In this document: positions 55,701 through 64,000 of the stretch, piece after piece
Numbering within the stretch: position 1 is the first letter of the stretch
How the letters are laid out: the number at the start of each line of letters is the position of its first letter
Assembly: GCA_023334545.1 (NCBI GenBank)
Contig: JAADVB010000005.1
Span: 1 to 64,000 of the forward strand
DNA from: Salisapilia sapeloensis CBS 127946
Lineage: Eukaryota; Protista; Oomycota
Reading direction: 5' to 3'
Length of the DNA: 64,000 bases
Translations under genes and position numbers: made by a program
Notes under the pieces: model-generated
The model's input: only the letters and a program-made list of their open reading frames with translations
Databases searched by the model: none
Told to the model about the DNA's origin: nothing

Positions 55701-58700
55701 CGAGCTCTCGACCAAGCTTCTGTCAATCGACGTGAAGTAGAGGAACTGACCAAACAACTCGCAAAAGCAAAGGACGCGACAAATCGTCGTAAAGGAGAGA
55801 TCGAAACGGAACTGAGTGAGATCACGCCTATCCTCCAGTCGGCGAAAGATGCAGTTGGTAACATCAAGAGCGACAACCTGAACGAAATCCGGTCGCTTAA
55901 AATGCCGCCGGAGCCTATCCACGACGTATTGTCAGCGGTTCTGTTGCTACTAGGAATCCAAGACACTTCTTGGAACTCGATGAAGAAATTCTTGGGTAAT
56001 CGAGGTATCAAGGACGACATCCTTAGCTTTGATGCTAGAAGGATCACACCAGAGATCTTTAAGTCCGTCACCAAATTAGTCAAAACCAAAGTATCGTCAT
56101 TTGATAATGATGCGATCTACCGTGTCAGTGTAGCTGCTGCACCTCTCGCAACGTGGGTTAAAGCCAACCTACGGTATTCCATGGTGCTAAATAAGATCGA
56201 GCCACTCGAGGCAGATCTAGCAGAGGCAAAGCAGTCTCTGGAAGCCTCTCAGCAGCGTCTACAACAGTGTGAAGGAGAGCTAGCTAGCATCGATAAGAAG
56301 GTGGAACAGATGAAAGAACAGTTCGCTCAGAAGACAAAGGAGGCTGAGATCCTGCGCGTTGGACTTGAACAGGCAGAGGAAACATTAAATAAAGCACAAG
56401 GTCTCTTGGGTAAACTTGGTGGAGAGAAGAAGCGATGGTCAGAGCAAGTTCGAGAGTTGGAAACTCGACTTGTGGAACTACCTATTCGCATGCTGACTGC
56501 AGCTGCTTTCACTACTTTCTTAGGAAAATGCTCTGAAGATGTCCGAGCTGGCGTTTTAAAGGAGTGGGATGAAGATGTACGTGAAGCTGCATCGAGCTCA
56601 CACTTGACGACGAGTAACATTAGCTTTGACTATTGCAAGATGCTAAGCACCGAGAGTGAACTGCTTACGTGGAAGAGCATGGGACTACCGTCAGACAAAT
56701 TGTCGATGGAAAATGCGCTTGTCATTACGAATTCTGTCGACAATCGATGCCCATTTATTATCGATCCTGCTAGCGTTTGTATCAATTGGCTGCAGGCAGA
56801 GCTAGCAAAGGACACGACTCGGCCACTGTCAGTTGCACAAACGCAAGACGCTCGGTTTGTGAACCTAGTGGAACAAGCTGTGCGATTTGGAAAGACACTG
56901 GTTGTACAGGATGTGGACTATGTCGAACCATACCTTTTCCCGCTTGTAAAAAAAGATTTGGTTCATCAAGGACCACGCTTCGTTGTTGCTCTAGGCGACA
57001 AGGTGATCGATTACAATGAAAACTTCCGCTTGATCTTAGTGACGCGTAATCCGTCGCCTCCTCTCTCTCCGGATGCTCTAGCCATTGTCAATGTGGTTAA
57101 CTTTACCGTAACGAAATCTGGATTGGAAGGTCAACTCCTCGGCGCGACCATCCAACATGAACAGCCAGCTCTAGAGCAAGAGAAGAGCGAACTGCTTCGA
57201 CATGAGGAAGAATGCAAGGTTCAGCTTGCTCAGCTCGAGAAGCAGCTAGTTCAGGCACTTGCTAATTCAGAAGGAGACATACTTGAGAATACTATATTGA
57301 TCGAGTCATTAACAAAGACAAAGTCTACAAGTGCTGAGATTGAAACGGCACTGGAAAACTCTGCCAAGAAGAGTGAAGAGTTGGATGAAAAGCGAGACTC
57401 GTACTCGCCATTTGCTCGTGAAGGTGCTCGGCTCTTCTTCCTTGTCAAACAGCTTAGTTCTATTAACCATATGTACCGCTTCTCCCTTGCGGCATTCCTC
57501 ACACTCTTCCGAGCTACACTCGCAAGTCCGATGGATGCGTCGTCGACAAAAGATCGAATCAATCGTCTGATCCCCATCCTCGAACATAAGGTGCTCATGT
57601 TCGTTGGGCGAGCCATCTTCAAAGAGCATCGTCCGATGTTTGGCATGCACCTCGTGCATGGTATGCATCGGGAGCTATTCGAAGATAACGAGTACGAGTT
57701 CTTTTGCGGTGATTCCGTCGCGACTTCACGTACAGAAGGGTCACATGCAATATCACTACCCGAATGGGCTTCACCAGAACGAAAGGAAAGCTTTAGTCTC
57801 TTTGCTGAAGCCTTACCGAAGCTCGTACAGCAATGCAAGTTCGACAATCATGACCTTTGGATCCGATGGGCCAAATCACCACAATGTGAGTCTGCATTCC
57901 ATGCCAAGATTGAAAAGGGTCTATCTGCCTTCCAAAAGCTACTTGTGGTTCAAGTACTTCGACCAGATCGTCTGCAAAGTGCTATCATTCAATTCATTTG
58001 TCAAGCGATGGAATTGCGGTCACTCACTCCTCCATCTCTCGACCTGAAAGATGTTGCAACTGAAGAAGCATTGAATACAACACCTGTACTCTTGTTGACG
58101 ACTGCCGGAGCAGATCCATCCAAGGAATTGGAAGAGGTTGCTGCGTCTGTCGTTGGTAGAGACCACTACTTTGAGCTTGCCATGGGAGGTGGACAGCAGG
58201 AAAAAGCCTTGTCACTCCTACGCTCGACGACTGAAAAGGGTGAATGGCTATGTCTACAGAACCTCCATCTTGTTGTAGCGTGGCTGCCGATTCTGGAAAA
58301 GGAAGTAAGCGCCATGGTTCCACATCATAAGTTCCGTCTATGGTTAACAACAGAGCCACATGATTCCTTCCCACTTGTACTACTAGAACAGAGTCTCAAG
58401 ATAGCATTCGAGTCACCACCAGGCATGAAGAAGAACCTGCAACGAACGTATGCAACTTGGAACGACAAGTTCTTATCGAAAGGATCCATGCCAAGAGCGC
58501 AATTGTTATTCACGTTGGCATTCTTCCATGCACTCTTGCAAGAAAGGCGTACGTATTTACCACAAGGATGGACGAAATTCTACGAGTTCTCCTTTGGAGA
58601 CTTTCGAGCTGGTACGAATATTATGGAGCTCGCAGGAAAAAGTCAAGGATCGATTGACTGGCAGTCTTTGCATGGTCTGATGGAGAACGCCATTTACGGA

Positions 58701-59849
58701 GGACGAGTGGATAATCCATATGACCTACGAGTACTTCGCTGTAACTTGACTACGTACTTTGGCAGCGATGTGCTTACTGGCCACAAGAGCATCGTGCGAG
58801 GTGTCAAGATGCCACAATCGAATCAGTATGATGACTATCTCAAGGCGATCGAACACCTTCCAGACGTGGACTCGCCCGCCATTTTCGGTCTACCTGACAA
58901 TATCGAAAGGTCCATGCAACGTGCTACGTCTGCAGCAGTGATATCACAGCTAAAAGCGCTATCGTCGAGTCGAGGTGAAGAAACCAAGTTTGATCGAGAA
59001 GAGTGGAGAGGTCGACTAGGACCTTTACTCGAGAACTGGAGTAAATGGACGAGCTCCTTGGCACTGGATTCATCAGCTGCGGTCGCTAGTAGAGGAACGT
59101 CGAGTAAGAACTTGCATCAATTGGCACCAGTGGATGCCTTCGTCGCGTTGGAGAATGAGTTTGCACTGGAGCTTGTGCATCAGGTAAATTCCAGTTTGCA
59201 GTCGATTAAGAAGGTCGTGTACGGCACCGGGCTGCTCACGCCTGTGATCCAAAGTATCGCTGGAGCTCTTTTACGTGGCGAAGTACCTTCTGACTGGAGT
59301 AACAAGTGGGAAGGATCGTCAGAGCAGCCGTTGGTCTGGCTCAGAGGTTTGGCACAACGGAAGAAAGCTTTGAACGAATGGCAAGATGCAGTCGGAAGTG
59401 GACGTCTTCTGTCGGCTGGACTGGACATGTCCGACCTGTTGCACCCAGGTACTTTCTTAAACGCTCTGAAGCAACAGAGTGCTCGGGAACAAAAGTGCTC
59501 GATGGATGAGCTACAGCTTGTAGCGTGCTGGAACGATCCACGCGACGATCGAAGTGGATTGGACTGGTTTGCACTGACGAACTTGTTACTTCAAGGTGCT
59601 TCGTTCGAAACAGGGATCTTGGTAGAAGCTGCAGCAGACGCTCCGGAGCTCATTCCGATGCCAACTTGCTACATCGCGTTCGGTCAAGCGGATGTGGCAC
59701 AAGAGCGCAACATGAGGGAACGAACGGTGTCCGTACCAGTGTACTACACAACGACTCGCGAACGAGAACTGACGGAGGTTTCCATTCCGATTTCAGGCGA
59801 TGCAGCTTGCTGGATCAATGCCGGCGTCGCGCTCTTTTTGAGCGAATAA
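46770..59849 (+). CDS. DYNC2H1: Cytoplasmic dynein 2 (IFT dynein) heavy chain, intronless
   Basis: 4359 aa from the ATG at 46770. P-loops GPAGTGKT, GPSGSGKS, GPEGCGKN and GFAGVGRRS; the latter two are dynein-2-like. Also WGCFDEFNR, a stalk coiled coil and C-terminal GVALFL. Confidence 0.96.
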   Translation: MAEDDEPFVDERREYLTSVVYTLWGKDSTLAKDKQSEDAIGVFLDDPVVRILLVSKVPKENGDGNQPSGFDIVCSNEPTNAGGLELVFVKSSSAALTPETIRENVQVTSVANSPLLSLYNSIHQFFAPTLLKGAGSNQCLSEKLKEVLVELDTGLAGCIPNLRADKGKITAIGDNDAASLMQIATVTDEINFWENADSKNQKRARKFTSAYDNIHQRYSNLSSLSMDEMTELLDETFNTLDDIWRADLSSDNQFPQARMDHVLGLVGAAINTFISEKARALDVWTSSFYDVSDLLRQSITLCEKWASSIETLTTTLWPSCTEHVWTGQPSSKNENLKRLAQRIEEVLRLRTTYEELQSLLPNNEAQSLADSCFQPFVSLRPLYYNPYTASAWKAAVADFESRLEPLETQVAETLRDKMSTVSGKPSAAGHLLQRYKHLLKRPALAQSLASERDALLAQMTAMLDQLESDFDSRRPSGSKSNELHVGKTLSPKVSLIVWARMLGSRVSSMHALATDALADLHTFPSFSRHCEQVSTKVKTLIIETVRDWQEDISHQLDNGDEATLRLSGRLMQIDSKGDLVVNYSEFLVTLLRDVRQLSELSSEQNHGEDWVPLRVRKVAQEAEKYYRYGVALKKVANFYNNMESQIIEEQKPMLLDSLLAFEQVVHRPGNASASTASSKNEITWQNLDECSEYVRQLQEAADKLSAENRRLKRVHDKLSEEFVALMDVDLLRFPMKWKERWDAVKRHVLQTTRKQDPSRTAKWFFYWDNQLYKVLESGYQLGLEMLNENLPEVRELRTELQFPSSSSHHADSDSTTLSSLVLKPPMEELRTTYYKAMKKFVARPMKFSGFNNPQLFSDMCDANARNLVLVYKTSEQLFARVDALVTEYEPWGILATLSTGGESVDSLIESKLREPQDWEVNFKVIRGKRKECDKIPDFVKVDCIHVSLLALKQGAEDHLNRFRDTLLLYLRKSTMQHIKTVDDFVDQAMEKLNTRPHSIEEITQAQVEWKEIAAKKPLIEAEYRSAEKKSNLLLDTLSSSGGGSSIDTSDVESRLSQLPTRWENFDIALEAFNDMIDEQRENLKVEIENQIVECNVDIDKFRQRWTALRPVEIASWEDVTVSKVFADMEEWSAKLAQIKTRATTLTGNCEAFGLSEPTFDGLSSLEEDVNKIQLNWTTYQNFRDEVAQLSAQDWITFSSNVFALQDCAQKWAEQVKSTIQERTVVVDKIQDFHNHVKRAMPTLKLCRGEPFKDDHWTQLFRKLGMPKTVEKHNVTLGHFIEVLPALETPATLQFVKVLHARAQGEVTIREALQEIRAYTETAELSLLQHEHDGKTMCIIKDWKDINLALGDNQSLLASLKESQFFKPFEGEASQYEMKMALLDQALTQLNIIQRKWVFLEPIFSKGALPAEQSRFRRVDEEFTDIMRTVERDPKLFNLADDMLFPQLADRLNTMVDQLERCQKALSDFLEEKRSCMPRFYFIGDEDLLEILGQSQNPAVIQNHLKKLYQGVHRVEFSKDGKQIVAMLSSMGEKVELSTPVSVTNAVEEWLNTFTEEMRRTLKDLVVKCVNSKAPDYQEFPSQVLCLAEQIRFCSAAEVAIKDGTVSELKKSLHDTLRELTSLDLGSELLMSLKVKALVLDLVHHIDVCDQLMATNCRSITEWTWQKQLRFSLDKQKQCLVHMNDAQFDYTYEYQGNAPKLVHTPLTDKCYLTLTQGMHMGFGGNPYGPAGTGKTESVKALGGQFGRQVLVFNCDEGIDFQSMGRIFIGLVKCGAWGCFDEFNRLKEDQLSAISQQIQVIQDAIKEQTASINLLNREVDVDFNAGIFVTLNPAGKGYGGRSKLPDNLKALFRPVAMGRPDNNLIAEVILYSEGFSEAKDIASKVVSLYSLSGQLLSPQQHYDWGLRALKAVLNTAGKLLQATKKAAAADSQGESKEESKEDGRTLSVAQETEILIKAVRINTLSKLTFVDSSRFLALIGDVFPGVVSADIAGGALSDAIREVMTSKPFHLQEDELQIRKMLQLKESLDQRMGCVIVGPSGSGKSTVWQVLQQALIKCGQAVKTYVMNPKSMPRDRLLGRMDLDTREWEDGVLTDAARKVVKEPDQVRSWIICDGDVDPEWIESLNSVLDDNHLLTLPNGERINFGSNVNFLFETHDLRFASPATISRMGMIFLSDEDIDIKRLVSKWLLTLATTEMREALSLWIDELFTKALEELQKYSLVVDTTTVGTIFNGLSHVATATSRSEFVCAMIRGLGANLSMTSRTSFAKSLYMMANERPPDMNAPLDCYCEGSTFHPFTTKRDTYGSMDHRDIVGNHDAVVQTVSVQRVLTMLQPWIDHMDPFILVGPEGCGKNMVIRQAFRSSKSVSMSVLHCNAQTTADHVIHKISQCCSLFSTSSGRVYRPRDSERLVLYLKDINLPKPDQYDTCMLIAFLQQLLTFKGFYDPNLEFLGIEKVQIVASMNAATTVGRHALSTRFTANVRVAYMDYPASEELQAVYSTFLEAIFHPDNNPQLPVSWQDPSSRDRLARTVIEVYDAVKTKFTVDDQRHYLFTPRDLTKWVFSLLRYNVQNEDILDILAIEGRRLFRDRLVDSEARAKFDSILNSALKQNWRHSPKINDAYFTSLLNRQVGAISSESGDTQSIPLVRVNCEDYADVIRQGLVLYEREEKDLHMLLFEEILEHLSIIERVLAEPGGSMLMAGFAGVGRRSATTLVSYLLGYTMFSPSLTRTYDASSFRNDLKGLLVKAAVEGQHHVLYLEDHHFTQNAILEIVNSLLSSGEVPGLYTHEEIEPQIAPLKEKMLEAVGPQYRTVYEFFAARVCQYVHIVLSMDPRHPQFLVRCESNPALYTRCAVVWMGEWSNTSLKAIPELILSGNEDDERSELVDSLLSTMPLIINLYTSCKKLNATPREYMCFLSCWRTLFERKSGQNVQEIQHLKSGLNKLEEASTTVDELSRNAAVKKKDLGVAQQAADEAMDEIKRALDQASVNRREVEELTKQLAKAKDATNRRKGEIETELSEITPILQSAKDAVGNIKSDNLNEIRSLKMPPEPIHDVLSAVLLLLGIQDTSWNSMKKFLGNRGIKDDILSFDARRITPEIFKSVTKLVKTKVSSFDNDAIYRVSVAAAPLATWVKANLRYSMVLNKIEPLEADLAEAKQSLEASQQRLQQCEGELASIDKKVEQMKEQFAQKTKEAEILRVGLEQAEETLNKAQGLLGKLGGEKKRWSEQVRELETRLVELPIRMLTAAAFTTFLGKCSEDVRAGVLKEWDEDVREAASSSHLTTSNISFDYCKMLSTESELLTWKSMGLPSDKLSMENALVITNSVDNRCPFIIDPASVCINWLQAELAKDTTRPLSVAQTQDARFVNLVEQAVRFGKTLVVQDVDYVEPYLFPLVKKDLVHQGPRFVVALGDKVIDYNENFRLILVTRNPSPPLSPDALAIVNVVNFTVTKSGLEGQLLGATIQHEQPALEQEKSELLRHEEECKVQLAQLEKQLVQALANSEGDILENTILIESLTKTKSTSAEIETALENSAKKSEELDEKRDSYSPFAREGARLFFLVKQLSSINHMYRFSLAAFLTLFRATLASPMDASSTKDRINRLIPILEHKVLMFVGRAIFKEHRPMFGMHLVHGMHRELFEDNEYEFFCGDSVATSRTEGSHAISLPEWASPERKESFSLFAEALPKLVQQCKFDNHDLWIRWAKSPQCESAFHAKIEKGLSAFQKLLVVQVLRPDRLQSAIIQFICQAMELRSLTPPSLDLKDVATEEALNTTPVLLLTTAGADPSKELEEVAASVVGRDHYFELAMGGGQQEKALSLLRSTTEKGEWLCLQNLHLVVAWLPILEKEVSAMVPHHKFRLWLTTEPHDSFPLVLLEQSLKIAFESPPGMKKNLQRTYATWNDKFLSKGSMPRAQLLFTLAFFHALLQERRTYLPQGWTKFYEFSFGDFRAGTNIMELAGKSQGSIDWQSLHGLMENAIYGGRVDNPYDLRVLRCNLTTYFGSDVLTGHKSIVRGVKMPQSNQYDDYLKAIEHLPDVDSPAIFGLPDNIERSMQRATSAAVISQLKALSSSRGEETKFDREEWRGRLGPLLENWSKWTSSLALDSSAAVASRGTSSKNLHQLAPVDAFVALENEFALELVHQVNSSLQSIKKVVYGTGLLTPVIQSIAGALLRGEVPSDWSNKWEGSSEQPLVWLRGLAQRKKALNEWQDAVGSGRLLSAGLDMSDLLHPGTFLNALKQQSAREQKCSMDELQLVACWNDPRDDRSGLDWFALTNLLLQGASFETGILVEAAADAPELIPMPTCYIAFGQADVAQERNMRERTVSVPVYYTTTRERELTEVSIPISGDAACWINAGVALFLSE

Positions 59850-60028
59850 AAAGAATTAACAAGACAAATTGATTTCCATTGACGAATAGATTGTATACGA
59901 GAATGTATTTTTCATTGGAACGAGTATCTATTTTAGGCCGTGAGATAGTCATACATGACGCTGCCAGTATGGTTTCCACGTGACTGTTTCACGCATCCTT
60001 TTGAAGTTGAGGTGCATCCAGTGGCGTC

Positions 60029-60909
60029 ATGGGCTGCTGTCATTCTACGAAATCACATGAAGTGTCCGAACGTGCCGTTCCCACAGAACATGATCTACCG
60101 ACATACGAGGCGGAAGTATCAGCTCATGCAACACGTCCGTCGCAAGTTGACTTATCAGATCACAGTGTGCCTACGGAAGAAAGAGAATCTGATCTTTCTC
60201 GTTCGCGCCAGCACGTCAGTCGTTTATGCACTTTGCCAGAGACCATATTGATGCGCGGTGAATCAAGTGGTACGATACATACGCATAACTTGTGGAAATC
60301 AGAATTACAGGTTACTAGCACCAAGATGACACATCTTGAAGTATCCGATGTACTATGCATGCCGAGCGAAGAGACCAACTGTGAAGCACGGAGAGAGGTG
60401 GAGCGAACGCCAGAAGACTGCGGGTTGGCCAACAGTTTGGACGTCACGTCAATAGCGCATAGGAAGAGTTGTACTCGAGAGTTGGCTAGTTTTGACGATC
60501 TTCCGATCGACTCGATGTACCATCGTCTCCAGCTGGCGAAAATTGCGCTGGAGGAGGCTGAAGCTCGCGAAGCTCGTCGAAAAGAAGCGGAGCAGTTGGA
60601 GAGAGAGATGAATGAATATAAAAACGTTTTCTCCTCGTGGTCGGTATCAGACACGTTTATTGTAACGTGTCAAGCACAATTGCACGACGTGGCAGTGGTA
60701 GCCTTGATGACTGCCGCTTCCTATCGCATTCGATTTCATACTGGCCGTACTTGCGTAGAGATTGCAAGAAAGTAGCACTTGCCGCGATTGTTCAGTGCGA
60801 ACACCGAAGTGGCATTCTTTCTGGAAAGTCGAGATGGGATAGCCGATGGTGCGTTATTGCAGTTGAACTTGTAGCTTTGAGCTCTTGGGTAGCATATCTT
60901 GATAACTGA
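60029..60909 (+). CDS. Hypothetical N-acylated protein, possibly with a PH-like C-terminal region (exon structure unresolved; may extend to ~61199)
   Basis: MGCC N-terminus and a coiled-coil segment LEEAEAREARRKEAEQLEREM. A second frame at 60700-60909 carries HRSGILSGKSRWDSRWCVI. Confidence 0.45.
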
Positions 60910-61561
60910 ACGGAAGGCAGAGATCGGTCCTACGTGTCCTCACGTACTAGAAACAAGTTTCAAGTCGCAAGCGACTTGTACTCGTGGCTACGTTTCAAGC
61001 TGACAATTTTCCACCTTTCCATTGCGGGAAAAGTTTCGAAGCTTCTACTCTTGCAACCACGCTACTGAGGATACTGCGTTGCGAATCTCTTGATCGCATA
61101 TGTGGAATTCGTGACGTTCATGAATACATGAAGGGGCTACTAAAGATGTTGCATGCAGTCAAGAAGTCTACCCACGCACTCGTCACCTTGAACCCGTGAC
61201 TCTCGTCGCCATGAGTTGAGTCGACAGCCACTCTGGACGACAGATCCCACCTTGCTACTGACACCCCACCAGCTGATCTCTAGAGGGGTTAATAAAAAAC
61301 CGCCTTTTTCATTGAAGCGGACGAAACGCATGGGCTTATCCCTCCGGCGTACCCGTCTACTCAGGCTTTCTGGTTTTGCGCTCTCCCAGCACCCTCTTAT
61401 CCGCCGTTTCCTACCGACCTGCACAGCCTCAACGTGAATAGATCTACTTGCGACTCCAAGCCAGTCTTCCATCAACGAGTGCCAAGCGAACGGACCCATC
61501 TTCGTCGGACAAAGACCAGGCCAGCTTTCAGCTGCTGTCGGTACTAACGGCTGCAAGAGGT

Positions 61562-61577
61562 TCATTTCCGATTTTCC
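61562..61577 (+). promoter_or_regulatory. Oomycete-type INR + FPR core promoter
   Basis: TCATTTC (INR) + CG + ATTTTCC (FPR), starting 65 nt upstream of the ATG at 61627. Confidence 0.55.
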
Positions 61578-61626
61578 CTCCCGACGTCCAACTCTCCGTG
61601 TACTACGCGTTCCAAAGATCAAGACG

Positions 61627-63003
61627 ATGGCTGCCGGCATGACCTTGCCACATCTCCATTCCACTTCGCCTGACGACCAGCACACGGCGCCTCCGCCAGC
61701 ATCCTTCCCGTCCGGACCGACCATGGCAGACACCACCGCTAGCTACGCGCCGCCTTATTATGCCAACTACGCCATGCAGACCAAGTCACTCGCACAAGAC
61801 TACTCGGCCGACCCTCTCCCGTTTAACTACAGATACTCCATGTTTCCACCATCTCTGCCTAGAGACCATGAGCATCGAGGATATCCTTTTCCACCGAAAG
61901 ACGACGATGTGAATCAGTCACGAACGTACCCACGTCTGCCGTCCTACCCGTCCGTCGAACCAACATTCCCACGCGCATCCTTTGCACCCGTCACATCCTT
62001 GACGTCCATACCGACGTTATCATCCACCTTCCTCTCCTCTTCCTCGAGCAACTATTATTATGATTCCGCGCCGATCAAAAAGCAGGAGCCACCAGAGCAA
62101 GACGACTATGGCGTCGTTGGCAGCCTCGAAAGCGCTTCCCAAGAAGCTGTCATCAAGCTCAAGACGCCGCTTAAGCGCAAGTACTGGCGCAATGGACGAC
62201 GGAATCTACAGTGCTTCCCTACCTGCAAGGTCTACGGAGACTACTCGGACATCAAGCTCGAGGACTTAAAGCAGCATGACTTTATGTGGGGCAAGTGCCG
62301 TGGCTCGGTCGTCACTGAAGTCACATTGAACACGAACGTCAATTTCGACGACGTGCTCCTCTTGGCACGCGTCCATTCACTCGAGAACCTACCCGTCCCG
62401 TTCGAAGAAGCTGTCGTGCGCGAGTGCATGCTCGGTCGTATCGTCGAACCAGATGCTATGGACGCGATGAAAGAAGCGTGGATCACTGGCGAGCGTCTTC
62501 CAGACTTTGTCCAGCAAGACGCACACGTTGCGTCGTTCGAATTCAAGCCGAAAGTGTGGAAGTACGCCGAGGACATGGCGCAAGGCAAGTGCAAGCGTCG
62601 AAACGTCCAGTACTACGTTCAGTTCGAAGCCTTCGTCCTCATGCGATCGGGTGAAAGGAGTTACTTTGCGTGCATCGGATCCGGTATGAGCACTCCGTTC
62701 GAAGTTGGGTCGAGTCGAGTCCTTGCTCGTCAGAAACGTAAAGCTGCGGCGAAGGAGGATGCGAGACAAAGTCTATTAACTCCACACTATTCTTTCTACA
62801 ATCAGTCGCAATCGAGAGGGTATGTCGGGTATGAAGCCATGGGGTACACTGGTCAACTGGAAGCATCAGATGACGCTGCTATTGCAGCAGGACAATTGCT
62901 CAATGTCGGATCGAAACGAAGGTTTAGTGAAGTAGAGAGAGAGGATGCCGAGTGGAAGAATGGAAGTAAGTCAGCACGACAACCGTCGCTGCAGAGTGTT
63001 TAA
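61627..63003 (+). CDS. Transcription-factor-like hypothetical protein
   Basis: 458 aa: a P/S/Y-rich disordered N-terminus, a central ~200-aa globular basic domain, and basic NLS-like patches (RQKRK, KRRF). Confidence 0.75.
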   Translation: MAAGMTLPHLHSTSPDDQHTAPPPASFPSGPTMADTTASYAPPYYANYAMQTKSLAQDYSADPLPFNYRYSMFPPSLPRDHEHRGYPFPPKDDDVNQSRTYPRLPSYPSVEPTFPRASFAPVTSLTSIPTLSSTFLSSSSSNYYYDSAPIKKQEPPEQDDYGVVGSLESASQEAVIKLKTPLKRKYWRNGRRNLQCFPTCKVYGDYSDIKLEDLKQHDFMWGKCRGSVVTEVTLNTNVNFDDVLLLARVHSLENLPVPFEEAVVRECMLGRIVEPDAMDAMKEAWITGERLPDFVQQDAHVASFEFKPKVWKYAEDMAQGKCKRRNVQYYVQFEAFVLMRSGERSYFACIGSGMSTPFEVGSSRVLARQKRKAAAKEDARQSLLTPHYSFYNQSQSRGYVGYEAMGYTGQLEASDDAAIAAGQLLNVGSKRRFSEVEREDAEWKNGSKSARQPSLQSV

Positions 63004-63070
63004 GAAGTCAATGTGAATGAAGATAGTTGCGTTTACAACCATGTGTACGATTCAGTTTGAAAGAAGAAGA

Positions 63071-63951
63071 CTAGCCTTCCTTGTACTCGTCTCCCATCTC
63101 TTCCTCAATACGTCCCTTCCATTCCAATCTAACATGTAGTCGTTTATGTTTCTTATTATGACACGAAGAAGGGTATGTTCATACCGGATTTCAGTCGCTT
63201 CATCGCCTTGGAGGACATCTTTTACGAATTTAGCGTCGACACGTAGATGGACCATCTCTAGTGCTCCACGAATGACACCACACAACACGTTCGAGTACCA
63301 TAACTCGCCATAAGCATTCGAAGGGAGTTCCACGAACTCTATAGGACCGTGAGAACGAATAGATGAAAGATATGAGAAGTATGTGTTTATACCAGCGAGT
63401 GGGTTGTCACTTAAGAAGAGACTGCAAGCCGTTCCATCGTTATTCCAGAGGGAGAGATCGACGGATACGCCCAAAAACATTTTAAACGCGACATGTGCAA
63501 TCACTTCCGCTGTCTCGCGAAAGTCATGGCATGTTGTGATACCAGACTTTGCCAGGAACTCATCAATCAAACGAATGCCAATGTTGTAGCCCCTGGAAGT
63601 CGATTAAAACATCGTCAGCAGCCACTTCGATACATACACATGCCGAGGCATACATTTTGTCAAGCTGCTTATTCACTTCTCGAAGGTCTTCATGGTCCTT
63701 TACCAACTATTGCAAATGGGGAGTGAGATACAAGTCTTTAGATATGTATGCAGGATGACAGATACCTGCGTGACCATGGCACCGTACGTGAGCGCAAAGA
63801 ACTCCCCGTTCTACTCATAAAATGCATCAATGAGAGTCGTCTTCAAAGTGTAGCACGTGATAGATGCACACAAGGTAAATCAACGTACAACTTTAGGCAT
63901 TTTAGCCCATGCGACCTCCCCAAGACGCTCATTCGGCTTCGCATTCGCCAT
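63071..63951 (-). CDS. TRAPPC3: TRAPP complex subunit Bet3 / TRAPPC3, multi-exon
   Basis: ATG at 63951 MANAKPNERLGEVAWAKMPKV|NGEFFALTYGAMVTQ, then IRLIDEFLAKSG, FRETAEVIA..AFKMFLG, NPLA|EFVELP, LWYSNVLCGVIRGALEMV and a last exon ..EEEMGDEYKEG-TAG. Confidence 0.94.
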
Positions 63952-64000
63952 CTCGATTTATATGTCGGAAGTGTGCCAATATCTAACAAATTCCAAACTA

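Noticed and set aside
46760-59872. Numerous short ORFs on both strands inside the dynein gene
   Set aside because: Alternate-frame or antisense shadows with no recognisable motifs.
61140-61736. 198-aa minus-strand ORF and TTG-started plus-strand ORFs upstream of the TF-like gene
   Set aside because: They have non-ATG starts or overlap the promoter and the 5' end of a better-supported gene, and have no motifs. Most lie upstream of the predicted INR, so they are unlikely to be uORFs.
1-64000. CRISPR arrays, rRNA, tRNA, prokaryotic operons or defence systems
   Set aside because: The sequence is intron-containing eukaryotic DNA. I saw no spaced repeat arrays, rRNA-like tracts or tRNA cloverleaf/T-loop signatures by eye; tRNAscan-SE and Infernal would be decisive.

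Overview
This is eukaryotic, gene-dense DNA with short GT-AG introns and the standard genetic code. Gene content and core-promoter motifs point to a flagellated (zoospore-forming) oomycete or a close stramenopile relative; the taxon is inferred. About 25 protein genes can be supported, several only after manual splicing. From left to right they are: the last exon of an oomycete multi-TM family gene, a putative axonemal inner protein, LYR-like/DUF179 (AlgH), a secreted six-repeat Cys-rich protein, lipid-A-disaccharide synthase LpxB, NAA15, REEP/YOP1, a FYVE + Vps34-like PI kinase, a CAMK-type kinase, two GFA/CENP-V paralogues flanking a multi-TM gene, a kinesin-9-like motor with a PH-like tail, a CDPK, DNase II, DDX42, a SAPS/PP6R subunit, an NHL/F-box-like protein, aspartokinase-homoserine dehydrogenase, an ELAPOR/KIAA1324-like receptor, a DCX-like protein head-to-head with an intronless dynein-2 heavy chain, a myristoylated hypothetical protein, a transcription-factor-like protein and TRAPPC3. 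Two degenerate DNA-transposon relics not shown by the ORF track were found by reading across frameshifts: a MULE-like one at about 18.1-18.7 kb and a Tc1/Tc3-like one at about 30.7-31.1 kb. I recognised no rRNA, tRNA or CRISPR array and no convincing new multi-gene system. The best leads are single-gene: a candidate unclassified DNA-binding domain, a FYVE/F-box/PI3K architecture, an HSDH domain with eroded catalytic motifs, the Cys-rich repeat, and a probable ciliary DCX-like gene. All family assignments come from motif recognition by eye; no database searches were run.
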